A DNA stretch of 38,735 bases from a virus (IMGVR_UViG_3300049857_000025:1-38735); one strand, 5' to 3'; positions 27,970 through 36,667 are shown, counted from the first letter of the stretch. The notes: generated from the sequence alone by a model not told the origin. Made by a program: numbers and translations.

Positions 27970-28638
27970 TTATTTTCTATTAGAAAGTTCTTGAAAACTG
28001 TTTTGAATATCAGATAGTATTGAAGCCTGAACATATCTTGCTTCACAAGATTCAATAAAATCAATTCTTAATTTCATTTCAACATTTCCAGATTTTATTT
28101 CCCCATTATGTTTTAATTTTTTAATAACTTTAATCAAAATTAATTCACGATCTTGATTCAATCCAATTTGAAAATTTTCATAATTATCAGAAAGTATTTT
28201 GAATATTATTGATAAACATTTTTTTTCTATTGTATTACATTCTTTAAATTTAATTATTTTAATAGGTGTGGCTAAACAATTTAAAAATAATAAATGTATA
28301 TCGTCAGTTTCTTTTAAATATTTTTGCGGAACTTCTACGGATTTAATTTGCGCTTCAATATCGTTTAAATTTTTATTTAATTCTGCTTCGAATTCAACTA
28401 AATCAATTTTAATTTTAGCAAAGTTGTTAGATGAACGATTATATGCTTCAAAACTATGTGTAAACTCAACAAAAATCATGTTTTTATTTTTTAATATATC
28501 AAATATTTTATTAGTTTTAATAATTTCGATGTTCTTATATTTGTTTAATTTTTCTAAGATATTTTTAGCGCATTTATGAAACAATGCTAGCCTAATATCA
28601 GTATCCATTTTTTCTAATTTTTCAGATATACATGTCAT
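27970..28638 (-). CDS. Hypothetical protein (probable start MTCISEK at 28638)
   Basis: Long, very AT-rich ORF; an ACGGAGA hairpin RBS precedes ATG 28638. Confidence 0.65.
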   Translation of the reverse strand: MTCISEKLEKMDTDIRLALFHKCAKNILEKLNKYKNIEIIKTNKIFDILKNKNMIFVEFTHSFEAYNRSSNNFAKIKIDLVEFEAELNKNLNDIEAQIKSVEVPQKYLKETDDIHLLFLNCLATPIKIIKFKECNTIEKKCLSIIFKILSDNYENFQIGLNQDRELILIKVIKKLKHNGEIKSGNVEMKLRIDFIESCEARYVQASILSDIQNSFQELSNRK

Positions 28639-28663
28639 TTGAAATCTCCGTTTCAAAAGTTTT

Positions 28664-29005
28664 TTATAATTTAATTTCTTTACTCTCTAAAACCGTTTTA
28701 AAGGTAAAATTATAAACTTCGATTATTATTTTTTTACTAGTAGTTTTGAATATTTCTACTTCGCCATTAAACACGACAGAAATAACTATATTATTTTCTA
28801 AAACTCTTAATTCAACATCTTGAGTTTTTGTGCTAAATGACACCTGATAAGCTGATTTACTATTTACTTCTCCGATATATTCAATTGGCGCCGAATAGAT
28901 TATTTCTTTTGATTCTACCGATGAATCGTTAATTTCCGGTGCCTGTGATTTACTGCCACCACATCCATTTAAAAATAAGATTAATATTAAAATTAAATAT
29001 TTCAT
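28664..29005 (-). CDS. Putative lipoprotein
   Basis: MKYLILILILFLNGC signal peptide with a lipobox, followed by a GGSKS linker. Confidence 0.72.
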   Translation of the reverse strand: MKYLILILILFLNGCGGSKSQAPEINDSSVESKEIIYSAPIEYIGEVNSKSAYQVSFSTKTQDVELRVLENNIVISVVFNGEVEIFKTTSKKIIIEVYNFTFKTVLESKEIKL

Positions 29006-29241
29006 TCTGATACTTCCGGTTTAACAACATCATTGGCGGCTTTAGAACCTAATTGATCACCTTTCTTTTTACCACACCCACAATCTGCTTTACCTTCGTT
29101 TTTCAATATGCCATCGGTTAAGCTAAATGCGTTTTTACATCGTTTGCAAAGAAATTTTTTACATTCTTCACACCAAGGTGTCATTGCTCCACACTGGTCG
29201 CATCTGACATTAACTTTTTTAGGATCTAGAACTCTAGGCAT
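29002..29241 (-). CDS. Cys-rich zinc-finger-like protein (probable start MPRVLD at 29241)
   Basis: CDQC, CEEC, CKRC and CGC motifs; ACGGAGA RBS before ATG 29241. Confidence 0.68.
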   Translation of the reverse strand: MPRVLDPKKVNVRCDQCGAMTPWCEECKKFLCKRCKNAFSLTDGILKNEGKADCGCGKKKGDQLGSKAANDVVKPEVSE

Positions 29242-29282
29242 TTTATTTAATTCTCCGTTAAATTTAAAACCCAATCACCGCT

Positions 29283-29384
29283 AAAAAGAAAACAACCAGG
29301 CGGAGAAAACAATAAAACCTAAGCTTTGCGCTTAGATTTTACGAAAACATCCTGGTTGCCCCTTACTTAACGGAGATTAAGTAT
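29283..29384 (-). ncRNA. Predicted structured small RNA / leader carrying anti-RBS (UCUCCG) loops
   Basis: 5' hairpin UACUUAA-UCUCCG-UUAAGUA, then an outer stem CAACCAGG/CCUGGUUG enclosing a pyrimidine-rich internal loop and a 12-bp inner stem with a GCAAA loop. The inner stem has a U-G wobble only on the minus strand. A 3' U-tract follows, and TTTACA-16-TAAAAT lies just upstream. Confidence 0.55.
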
Positions 29385-29388
29385 TTGT

Positions 29389-29456
29389 ATTTTAGAACAA
29401 ATTACCGATTTGTAAACCTTCTTAATAAATCTTACTGTTTTATTTATTTAAGTAAA
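29389..29456 (-). promoter_or_regulatory. Two tandem sigma70-like promoters plus operator copy 2
   Basis: Minus strand: TTTACT(29456-29451)-16-TAAGAT(29434-29429) and TTTACA(29416-29411)-16-TAAAAT(29394-29389). The palindrome-like TTTATTTAAGTAAA overlaps the first -35. Confidence 0.45.
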
Positions 29457-29480
29457 GACTTTTTTGTTAAAATTTAAAGA

Positions 29481-29910
29481 TACTTATTACCCCACGAAAA
29501 GAGCAATAAGTATTTAAATTTAAGTCTTTATTTAACAATTGTTTATAAATATCAACTTGACTTATCACCCCGTTTTTTTACTTATCTCTCTTGCGCGTGT
29601 ACAAAGGCGGACATATTTACGACAATAAAAACAATAAAACAGGCGATTGTTTTCACGCGTGTAAACTTTTTTAATAACGCGCGAGCGGGTGGGTGTAATA
29701 AGTGTAATAATATAATAAAAATAATAATAAATAATATATATAAATATATAAATATATATATTATAGATACTTAGGACAATAAAGTACCTACTTTATTCGA
29801 GGTACTTATTGCCCCATTTTGATGGGGTGAAAAGGGGTAAAAAGGGTAATAAGTATTTTTTGAAATCGAAATTACCCTACTTCCTACCCCAAAAAATAAG
29901 GGTAATAAGT
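29481..29910. repeat. Iteron-like repeats (ACTTATTRCCC) around an AT-rich core; candidate replication origin
   Basis: About nine exact or degenerate copies in both orientations (29481, 29501, 29559, 29579, 29691, 29803, 29844, 29878, 29900) flank a pure A/T tract at ~29705-29765, just downstream of the primase-helicase gene. Confidence 0.62.
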
Positions 29911-30187
29911 TTTTGAATTTTAAGGATGTCGATTCCGTTTAAAAATACTGATCATTTTTTGATTAATTATGAATTATAAATACGAGAAGATTACTAAAAA
30001 TTTTTATCATCTTAAACAGCCTTATTTTGCGCGCGTTTTTAATGACAAATAGTAAATAATAAAAATAAATATACTTTATTTTCAATATGAAATTAATGTA
30101 ACATATTTTATGTTTTATAAATTATAGAATATATAATAAAAGGCAATTAACTATTTGAAAATATTTAGTTAATTGACAAAATGAAAA

Positions 30188-32452
30188 TTATCTAAGAACA
30201 TAAATAAGGCCAGGGCGACCAGACGATTCGGTTGTTTTTACCTCGACCTTACCATCAATAATTAATTCACTGATTGCATCGTCGAAAGTGCGCATGGAAA
30301 ACTTGCTTTTTTTCTTTAAATGGCTTCGACTCATAAACCCAACAGTAGACCCTTTTAAGAAATCCTCTAGTTTTTTGGCATTCTTCATTGTAATTTCTTC
30401 ACCACTAACCTTTTCTAGGCTTGCCATCATATTGCTGATAAGGAATTCGATTAACTCAATGGCCCATTTTATATGTTTGGCTTCCACACCAGGCATATAA
30501 GGTGAATCGCTACACGCCCGAATCAAAGACAACTTCAAAACATTTTCAATGGAACGGCCCCAAACGGTAAGCGCCCCATTATTTTTTTGTTTCTCATAGT
30601 CTTTTTGTATTTGATAAACCTTTTCACCAAATTCATCAATTAAGCGTACACATTCTTCTGTATAAGGAATTTGATGAGGTTCACATGCAATAACATCACT
30701 AATATTACCTACTGTGGTTGAAAAATTTCTCCAATACTGTGCCACATCCAAAATTTCTTGTGGTATCTTTTCTATTTTCTTAGTTTTAAACTTTTCTTTT
30801 GGGTAGCCTTCGAATACAAGCATTCGGCCAAAGAAACCATTATTAAACATCTTCTCACCAATTGCTTCGTAATAATAAGTAGGCACCGCAGTACCAAACA
30901 ATGTCAAGCTTGGCTGATTGATATTAAAAACAATTTCTTGTCCAGCTTTTCTTCTCATTGGCATAGTGCTGCTACTGCTACTATAAGTTTTCATTAACAT
31001 AGCCATTAACATGCCGTAACGCGCTTCTCGACCAATTTTAATACTTTCAAGCATCCCATCGATTTCATCAGTTTGAAATAGTAAGCATGGATTTCTAAAT
31101 AAAGCATCTTCCAAACCTTCGGCACTGGCAAATGAATCACCTAATTCTTCTAATTTACCAATGGTTTTTAATATTTCGGTATTCACCTTTCTAGGGAAAT
31201 CTTTACCACTTGATGAAAAACCTAAACCAAGAAGATATAAATTACTTCTAATATCACTAATACCTTTTACTTTGCGGCCAATCAAATAACTTTGTAGTGC
31301 AAGCGCACCTACAAAACTTATTACTTTATTTGGAACTGGTGAACACCGATAACTATAATCAGCCACACTCCCAATAAAACCACCGACATCAAGCAAATGC
31401 AGTGGTATTAATCTTGCATCATTTTTCTTTTTTTCTGCTTCCTCTTTTGCTTCTTGTGTTAAATCAAATACACCTACTGTCTGTAAAACTTTTTCAATGC
31501 GGACATCAACCAAACTTTTACCATAATTAAGTTTAATTAATTCTTTTCTACAAGCCTCGTCATCACCACCATGTTCAAGTAAACAATAAACTTGTGCCTT
31601 TGTATAACTTTTATTTGGTTCAAAAGGAGAAGCATTGCTACTGAAACAATAAAATACGCATCCTTTAACCGTCGCACTAACACCATCAGCAACATTTTTA
31701 TTTGGTCTTGTCCATCTGTCAACATCCTCGGCCTTACTATGATATACCCAACCATGAGTTTTTAACATATTATCAAAATCACCATATTCATTGTAAGCAT
31801 CTTCTGGACTTATTGCGTAAACTTTACCGTTGATTTTAACCATTTCTTTTTCAATTTTTTCTTGCATAATTATTTTTTCTTGGTCAAGATCAAAAGCACA
31901 TTTGATTAAAAATCCGCGTTCCTCCTCGGTTATCACGCTTATTTTAAAATAGTTTCCTTGAATAAAGTCGTAACCTTGACTTGGTGCAACAAGTATCAAA
32001 CCGCCTTCACCGCGTGTTTCAATTAAAGTTTTTTTGATGTCTTTACCGTTTTCATCAACACCAACCACTTTAGAAGCAAGCTTTAAATTACCTGATACCT
32101 TGGTTTCGCATCTATATGCCACATGAATACCACCGTTTTGGGTTGATTCAATAACCAGTCTATAAAACAGGTCGATTGAATTTTCCTTGACTTTGTTGCC
32201 CCACGCTTCAAATAGTTCACCTTTATTGTCAAAATCAATGAATTCCAAATTACCACTAATGGCACCGGTAACAAAAAAAATTGCATTAATTGCACTAGAT
32301 TTAAAATAACCTACCAAATCATTATTGGTAGGCATTTCTTTTTGAAATTGCTTCCATTCATATTTTGGATGCTTATCTTTTGCTATGCAAGGAAGAACGC
32401 AAAATCCTTCGGCAAGTAGCAATACTGACTCGTCAAGTAATTCCTGATTCAT
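30188..32452 (-). CDS. Bifunctional DNA primase/polymerase (Prim-Pol) fused to a DUF3987-type helicase domain
   Basis: N-terminal TGAISGNLEFIDFD, ESTQNGGIHV and IETRGEGG..VAPS; C-terminal P-loop LGFSSSGKD, FQTDEID and NGFFGR; winged-helix-like end. Confidence 0.88.
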   Translation of the reverse strand: MNQELLDESVLLLAEGFCVLPCIAKDKHPKYEWKQFQKEMPTNNDLVGYFKSSAINAIFFVTGAISGNLEFIDFDNKGELFEAWGNKVKENSIDLFYRLVIESTQNGGIHVAYRCETKVSGNLKLASKVVGVDENGKDIKKTLIETRGEGGLILVAPSQGYDFIQGNYFKISVITEEERGFLIKCAFDLDQEKIIMQEKIEKEMVKINGKVYAISPEDAYNEYGDFDNMLKTHGWVYHSKAEDVDRWTRPNKNVADGVSATVKGCVFYCFSSNASPFEPNKSYTKAQVYCLLEHGGDDEACRKELIKLNYGKSLVDVRIEKVLQTVGVFDLTQEAKEEAEKKKNDARLIPLHLLDVGGFIGSVADYSYRCSPVPNKVISFVGALALQSYLIGRKVKGISDIRSNLYLLGLGFSSSGKDFPRKVNTEILKTIGKLEELGDSFASAEGLEDALFRNPCLLFQTDEIDGMLESIKIGREARYGMLMAMLMKTYSSSSSTMPMRRKAGQEIVFNINQPSLTLFGTAVPTYYYEAIGEKMFNNGFFGRMLVFEGYPKEKFKTKKIEKIPQEILDVAQYWRNFSTTVGNISDVIACEPHQIPYTEECVRLIDEFGEKVYQIQKDYEKQKNNGALTVWGRSIENVLKLSLIRACSDSPYMPGVEAKHIKWAIELIEFLISNMMASLEKVSGEEITMKNAKKLEDFLKGSTVGFMSRSHLKKKSKFSMRTFDDAISELIIDGKVEVKTTESSGRPGLIYVLR

Positions 32453-32454
32453 AT

Positions 32455-32733
32455 TTAGTTACTCGCTTTCAAAATTTCAGATTCCTGTAATCTCATTCCA
32501 TGTTCAAGCACTGCGATAGTGAACATGCGATCAATTAAATCTTGTGGTGGGTTTTCATTATTTTCTTTTACAAATTCAGTAACCTTCTTTTGAATATCCA
32601 TGTATTCTTGAAGGTATCGTTTATATAAGATGTTAAGCTCAGGCATTGTTTTTGTTTTGATGATCTCATTTTTTTCTTGCGTGCGCTTAACAAGTAACTT
32701 TTTTTGCTTGGAAATTTCTATTTCGTTTTGCAT
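32455..32733 (-). CDS. Hypothetical protein
   Basis: 92-aa helical ORF with an ACGGAGA RBS, abutting the primase gene. Confidence 0.7.
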   Translation of the reverse strand: MQNEIEISKQKKLLVKRTQEKNEIIKTKTMPELNILYKRYLQEYMDIQKKVTEFVKENNENPPQDLIDRMFTIAVLEHGMRLQESEILKASN

Positions 32734-32847
32734 TTATTATCTCCGTTAAATTTTATTAATTAATGATTGCAGGAATGTATCACAAAAGCCAAAAACAACA
32801 ATATGGAAATAAACCAGATAGTTGAAAACATTTTTTCATTGAATTCT

Positions 32848-33054
32848 TTATCGTTCATTTTTTTTATTATCCCAAATAGAAGTTGATTTAATCATATTGC
32901 CGTTGTTATGCAAACATATTATAGAACCATCAGAAATACATAAATCTTTTCTATGATCAGTTCCACCTCTAACCATAACCTTAACAATATCAAGACCAGT
33001 CGATAATCTTAATTTATTTACTTTCTTTTGAGATAAAATTTGTCTCATTTTCAT
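32848..33054 (-). CDS. Hypothetical protein
   Basis: 68-aa ORF coupled to the upstream gene; contains VMVRGGTDHRKDL. Confidence 0.62.
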   Translation of the reverse strand: MKMRQILSQKKVNKLRLSTGLDIVKVMVRGGTDHRKDLCISDGSIICLHNNGNMIKSTSIWDNKKNER

Positions 33055-33503
33055 CCTTTACTATTTAAATTTTTTTCTAAAAAATATCTCAAAACAACCA
33101 TAATTTCAAGATATTCACCATGCTTTCTATTTTTTAAAAGAAGAGAAAGCTCTACTAAATCAGATGCATTTACATTAATATTAACTAAATTATCATTTAA
33201 AAGCTTACAGAAAAGCTCAGCGCTTTCTTTTTTATACAAAGTATGTAAAAGTTTATTATTGCTGATTTCATATATATTGTATTTTTTAATTTGATAAGAA
33301 CCAAATTGATGTTGGTCGTCTACTTCAATAACTTTGTAAATTTTATTATTATCTGTTAATTCAGGTTTTATTTTTGATTTAGCCTGTTCACCAACAGAAG
33401 AATTTCTTGCAAGAATTAAGCATACAGGGCAAGATAAAAATTTTTCATTAGTTTCTATTACTTCATAACCCATAATTTCTTGATGATGTATTGGACAATT
33501 CAT
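33051..33503 (-). CDS. Hypothetical protein with N-terminal Zn-binding motif
   Basis: CPIH...CPVC; AGGAG RBS. Confidence 0.68.
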   Translation of the reverse strand: MNCPIHHQEIMGYEVIETNEKFLSCPVCLILARNSSVGEQAKSKIKPELTDNNKIYKVIEVDDQHQFGSYQIKKYNIYEISNNKLLHTLYKKESAELFCKLLNDNLVNINVNASDLVELSLLLKNRKHGEYLEIMVVLRYFLEKNLNSKG

Positions 33504-33504
33504 T

Positions 33505-33711
33505 TTATTTTTCTCCTATCTTTTCTAAGCATTCTAAGCTTATTGCTGGTTTGATAAATCTTTTTAGTTTTGGTGTTTGCAATATATGTACACCAAATTC
33601 AGTTTGTTTTAAAATAAATACACAACCAATCAGCCAACCGTCAACATGAACTTTTTTACATATAAAGTCTTTCGGTTCTTCAATAATTGGAAAATCTTCC
33701 AGTTTAAGCAT
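33505..33711 (-). CDS. Hypothetical protein
   Basis: 68-aa ORF in a tightly packed minus-strand operon. Confidence 0.58.
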   Translation of the reverse strand: MLKLEDFPIIEEPKDFICKKVHVDGWLIGCVFILKQTEFGVHILQTPKLKRFIKPAISLECLEKIGEK

Positions 33712-33715
33712 TTTA

Positions 33716-33796
33716 TTAAACCTTTAATTCAATTGAATTATCATTTAACCACATAGCATGTTGTTTTAATCTTTCTGCAATTTCTTCTTTTCTCAT
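33716..33796 (-). pseudogene. 26-aa ORF resembling the N-terminus of phage pentapeptide-repeat proteins
   Basis: MRKEEIAERLKQHAMWLNDNSIELKV* with an ACGGAGA RBS; no pentapeptide repeats follow. Confidence 0.45.
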
Positions 33797-33826
33797 TTTA
33801 ATTCTCCGTTAGTTAATTTTTAAATT

Positions 33827-34354
33827 TTACGATTTTTTAACATTAAAATAAGCTTCACACACATACAATTGAACTTTATTGCATTTCAAAAGAACCAATT
33901 GTTTTTCACTAAAAGAAATGTAAATTATTGAATATCCTGCATAATTACAAAAGTTTTTCATGTATTGGCTATTAAAAACACGGTGTTTTTCATCAATAGC
34001 AGTGACGATTGAATTAAGCAATCCTTTGTCAAAATGGTAATCAATCTTTGTTGATTTACCAAACGGCACACCTAATACTAACGATGTTTTTGGAAACTCA
34101 CGCGTAACCTTTTCAAGAAACATAAACTCTTTTGTAAAAAAAGGCGCATAGACACCATTATTTTCAAGATTAAATTTTTCAATACAGTCTTTAAATTCTA
34201 AAAGGCACATTGTTTTGCCACATGTTGCAATGATGTTGTTTGATTCAATTTTAAAACAATCCATTGCCATTCTGTGATGACTGCCAAGAGAAGCTTTAAG
34301 GCAAGCAATCTCTTTTTTATTTTCTTTTGTTATTGGAATTTTTGCAATACTCAT
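33827..34354 (-). CDS. Divergent DNA polymerase III beta-clamp-like protein
   Basis: HRMAMDCFKIESNNIIATCGKTM resembles R..L.G...E....VATDGHRL; EFPK..LVL resembles FP.Y..VI; VFNSQYM resembles FN..YL. Confidence 0.5.
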   Translation of the reverse strand: MSIAKIPITKENKKEIACLKASLGSHHRMAMDCFKIESNNIIATCGKTMCLLEFKDCIEKFNLENNGVYAPFFTKEFMFLEKVTREFPKTSLVLGVPFGKSTKIDYHFDKGLLNSIVTAIDEKHRVFNSQYMKNFCNYAGYSIIYISFSEKQLVLLKCNKVQLYVCEAYFNVKKS

Positions 34355-34412
34355 TTCTTTAATCTCCGTTAATTTTTTTTGTTAGCCTAACCATTTTTAT
34401 TTATTTATAGAC

Positions 34413-34434
34413 AAGTCTTTACTTAAGTAAACAC
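34413..34434. promoter_or_regulatory. Palindromic operator-like site, copy 3
   Basis: Perfect 14-bp palindrome TTTACTTAAGTAAA (34418-34431) in the intergenic gap after the helicase gene. Confidence 0.5.
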
Positions 34435-34461
34435 TATTTTTAACATTTTTAAAAAAATATG

Positions 34462-36105
34462 TTAAATTTTTATGTATGAACCTTGATGCACTTGATACTC
34501 TTTAATATTCCAAAACTTTTCGGTTGACTTTTTCTTAACTATAATTGACAAAGGGCGAACAAAATCAATATCAATCACCTGTTGTGTGAATTTTGGTACA
34601 TCTTCACCCATATAATTTTTATTAAAATTTTGATACCACTTTTCAGCCTTGGTACGAGCGTATCCATCATGTTCAAAACAAACATATTCATCAATATAGC
34701 TGTATTGATAACGGTCATTATCTTCTTTGAATCTATATTGTACTTTAAGCATTTCACGACCATTTTTTTCGTGTATTGAATATGAAATATCATCTACAAT
34801 TTTTTCTTCTTTTAAAGTCTTGGAGATTACTTCTTCGGTTCCTGCTAGCATTGCGTGTGTTACTTGGTCTTGTTCTGGAAATATAAAACCACAATGCGGA
34901 CATGTTTTAAACGCCACATGTATTAAAGATTGGCAATTTTCACATTCTTTAGCCATATCTCTACTGGAAGCATCACCTGATTTTTCTTTTTTAGCTTTTG
35001 GGTTAAGATCGTCAACAGGCCCAAGTCGCATGACATTACCTGCATAATCAAGAATTAGGCAATCTTTTTTACCTTCGGCTATTCTAAAACCTCTACCAAC
35101 TTGCTGATAATACAAACCACAAGATGCAGTTGGCCTCATCATAGCTATACAATCTACTTTTGGGGCATCAAAACCAATTGAAAGAATATTAACATTGCAT
35201 ATATATTTTATAGTGCCTGCTTTAAATTCGTTGATAATATCATCACGCATGGTATCGGATGTTTCACTTGAAAGAACTTCACAAGCAAGTTGTCCTTGCT
35301 TTTTTATTTCATCACACACATGGATTGCATGTTTAATACTAATGCAAAAAACAATTACAGATTTCCTATCATGTTGTGTATATTGAATTAGTTCTTTAAC
35401 GGCACCGCTAACTATTTCATCTTTGTCAAGTTTTTCTTCTAATTGACTCTCGATAAAATCACCCATTCTAATAGTTAAATCTTTATCATCGAATTTTTCT
35501 AAACTAGCTTTGCAAATCAAATTTGATAAAAAACCTTGATCAATTAATTCTCTAACACCAACTTCATAACAAATTGTATTAAGCATATTTTCAGGCGCGC
35601 AAATCATACCGCCTTTTAAACGATAAGGCGTAGCAGTTAAACCTACAACTCTCACTTTAGGATTAATCACTTTCATATCTGCCAAAAAAGTTGTGTAGCG
35701 TCCTTCGGCTTCAACTGGTATGCAATGCGCCTCATCTACCATAATAATGTCAAATTTACCAAGTTGACAAGCACGCTTAAAAACGCTTTGAATTCCTGCT
35801 ACAATTATTTGTGATTGATCGTTTCGCATATTTAGACCAGACGAATAAACACCAACACTTTTTAATTCTGGATTGTATGCAATAATTTTTTCATAAGTTT
35901 GTAGTAATAATTCTTTGACATGGCTTAAAATTAAAACCCTGCCATTCCATTTTGTTACTGCTTTACTTGCCATTTCTGCCATGACTAGTGTTTTACCTGC
36001 ACCAGTTGGAAGGACAACACACGGTTGTTCAATTTTATTTGTTCGCAAATGATTAAATATTGCATCTACAGCTTCTTGTTGATACCATCTTAATTTTAAA
36101 GCCAT
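34462..36105 (-). CDS. Superfamily 2 DEAH helicase (YejH/RadD-like) with zinc finger
   Basis: Q motif LRWYQ, LPTGAGKT, VDEAH, TATP, GFDAP, QQVGRGFR and CENC/CPHC. Confidence 0.95.
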   Translation of the reverse strand: MALKLRWYQQEAVDAIFNHLRTNKIEQPCVVLPTGAGKTLVMAEMASKAVTKWNGRVLILSHVKELLLQTYEKIIAYNPELKSVGVYSSGLNMRNDQSQIIVAGIQSVFKRACQLGKFDIIMVDEAHCIPVEAEGRYTTFLADMKVINPKVRVVGLTATPYRLKGGMICAPENMLNTICYEVGVRELIDQGFLSNLICKASLEKFDDKDLTIRMGDFIESQLEEKLDKDEIVSGAVKELIQYTQHDRKSVIVFCISIKHAIHVCDEIKKQGQLACEVLSSETSDTMRDDIINEFKAGTIKYICNVNILSIGFDAPKVDCIAMMRPTASCGLYYQQVGRGFRIAEGKKDCLILDYAGNVMRLGPVDDLNPKAKKEKSGDASSRDMAKECENCQSLIHVAFKTCPHCGFIFPEQDQVTHAMLAGTEEVISKTLKEEKIVDDISYSIHEKNGREMLKVQYRFKEDNDRYQYSYIDEYVCFEHDGYARTKAEKWYQNFNKNYMGEDVPKFTQQVIDIDFVRPLSIIVKKKSTEKFWNIKEYQVHQGSYIKI

Positions 36106-36314
36106 TATTTATCTCCGTGTTCGATTCTGATTCGCCCGTAAATTCTTTTTTTAACCAATTCTTTTTCTCTGTAATAAAAAATATCACTATCATCTTTTTC
36201 ATAAAATTCTATATATCCTTGAATATCATCAGCCTCAACAACACAATTTATTTCAATGCCATCACAATAAAATTTTATTGGTTTTTTATCCCAATTTTCT
36301 AGATTCACTTTCAT
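36105..36314 (-). CDS. Hypothetical protein
   Basis: 69-aa ORF coupled at both ends; contains VVEADDIQGYI. Confidence 0.65.
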   Translation of the reverse strand: MKVNLENWDKKPIKFYCDGIEINCVVEADDIQGYIEFYEKDDSDIFYYREKELVKKRIYGRIRIEHGDK

Positions 36315-36667
36315 TTTTTGCTATCCAAAAATGGCTTTATATATTCAAAGTAAAATCGTTTTGTTTTACTAGCTTTTGCCATAAAACTTTCTGTTTCTTG
36401 CTTTAAAAGTCTTATAGATTGTTGATCTTTAAAGTCCCAACCTAGCATTACTAGATCGCCTTCCTTACAGCCATCATCAAAATGAGGATAGCAAAATGTA
36501 AGTATTTTTTCTTTTCTATCAACCCAGCCATCGTTAGGGTGCGATGCTTTATAGCCTTCTGCTCTTAACTTCTCAATCCATAAAGATTTTTCTGTATCAG
36601 CTTCTTTGCATATTTGATTCCATCTGCCTTTAGCTTCATCATTACCTTTGCATAAATTTTCGTACAT
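36311..36667 (-). CDS. Hypothetical protein
   Basis: 118-aa coupled ORF; contains KASHPNDGWVDR...YPHFDDG. Confidence 0.72.
   Translation of the reverse strand: MYENLCKGNDEAKGRWNQICKEADTEKSLWIEKLRAEGYKASHPNDGWVDRKEKILTFCYPHFDDGCKEGDLVMLGWDFKDQQSIRLLKQETESFMAKASKTKRFYFEYIKPFLDSKK

Noticed and set aside
29453-29910. CRISPR array or mini-array
   Set aside because: The repeats are short (11-13 bp), degenerate, in both orientations and irregularly spaced, and there are no cas genes.
32760-32831. 23-aa hydrophobic ORF MFSTIWFISILLFLAFVIHSCNH
   Set aside because: It has no convincing RBS and is too short to support without homologues.
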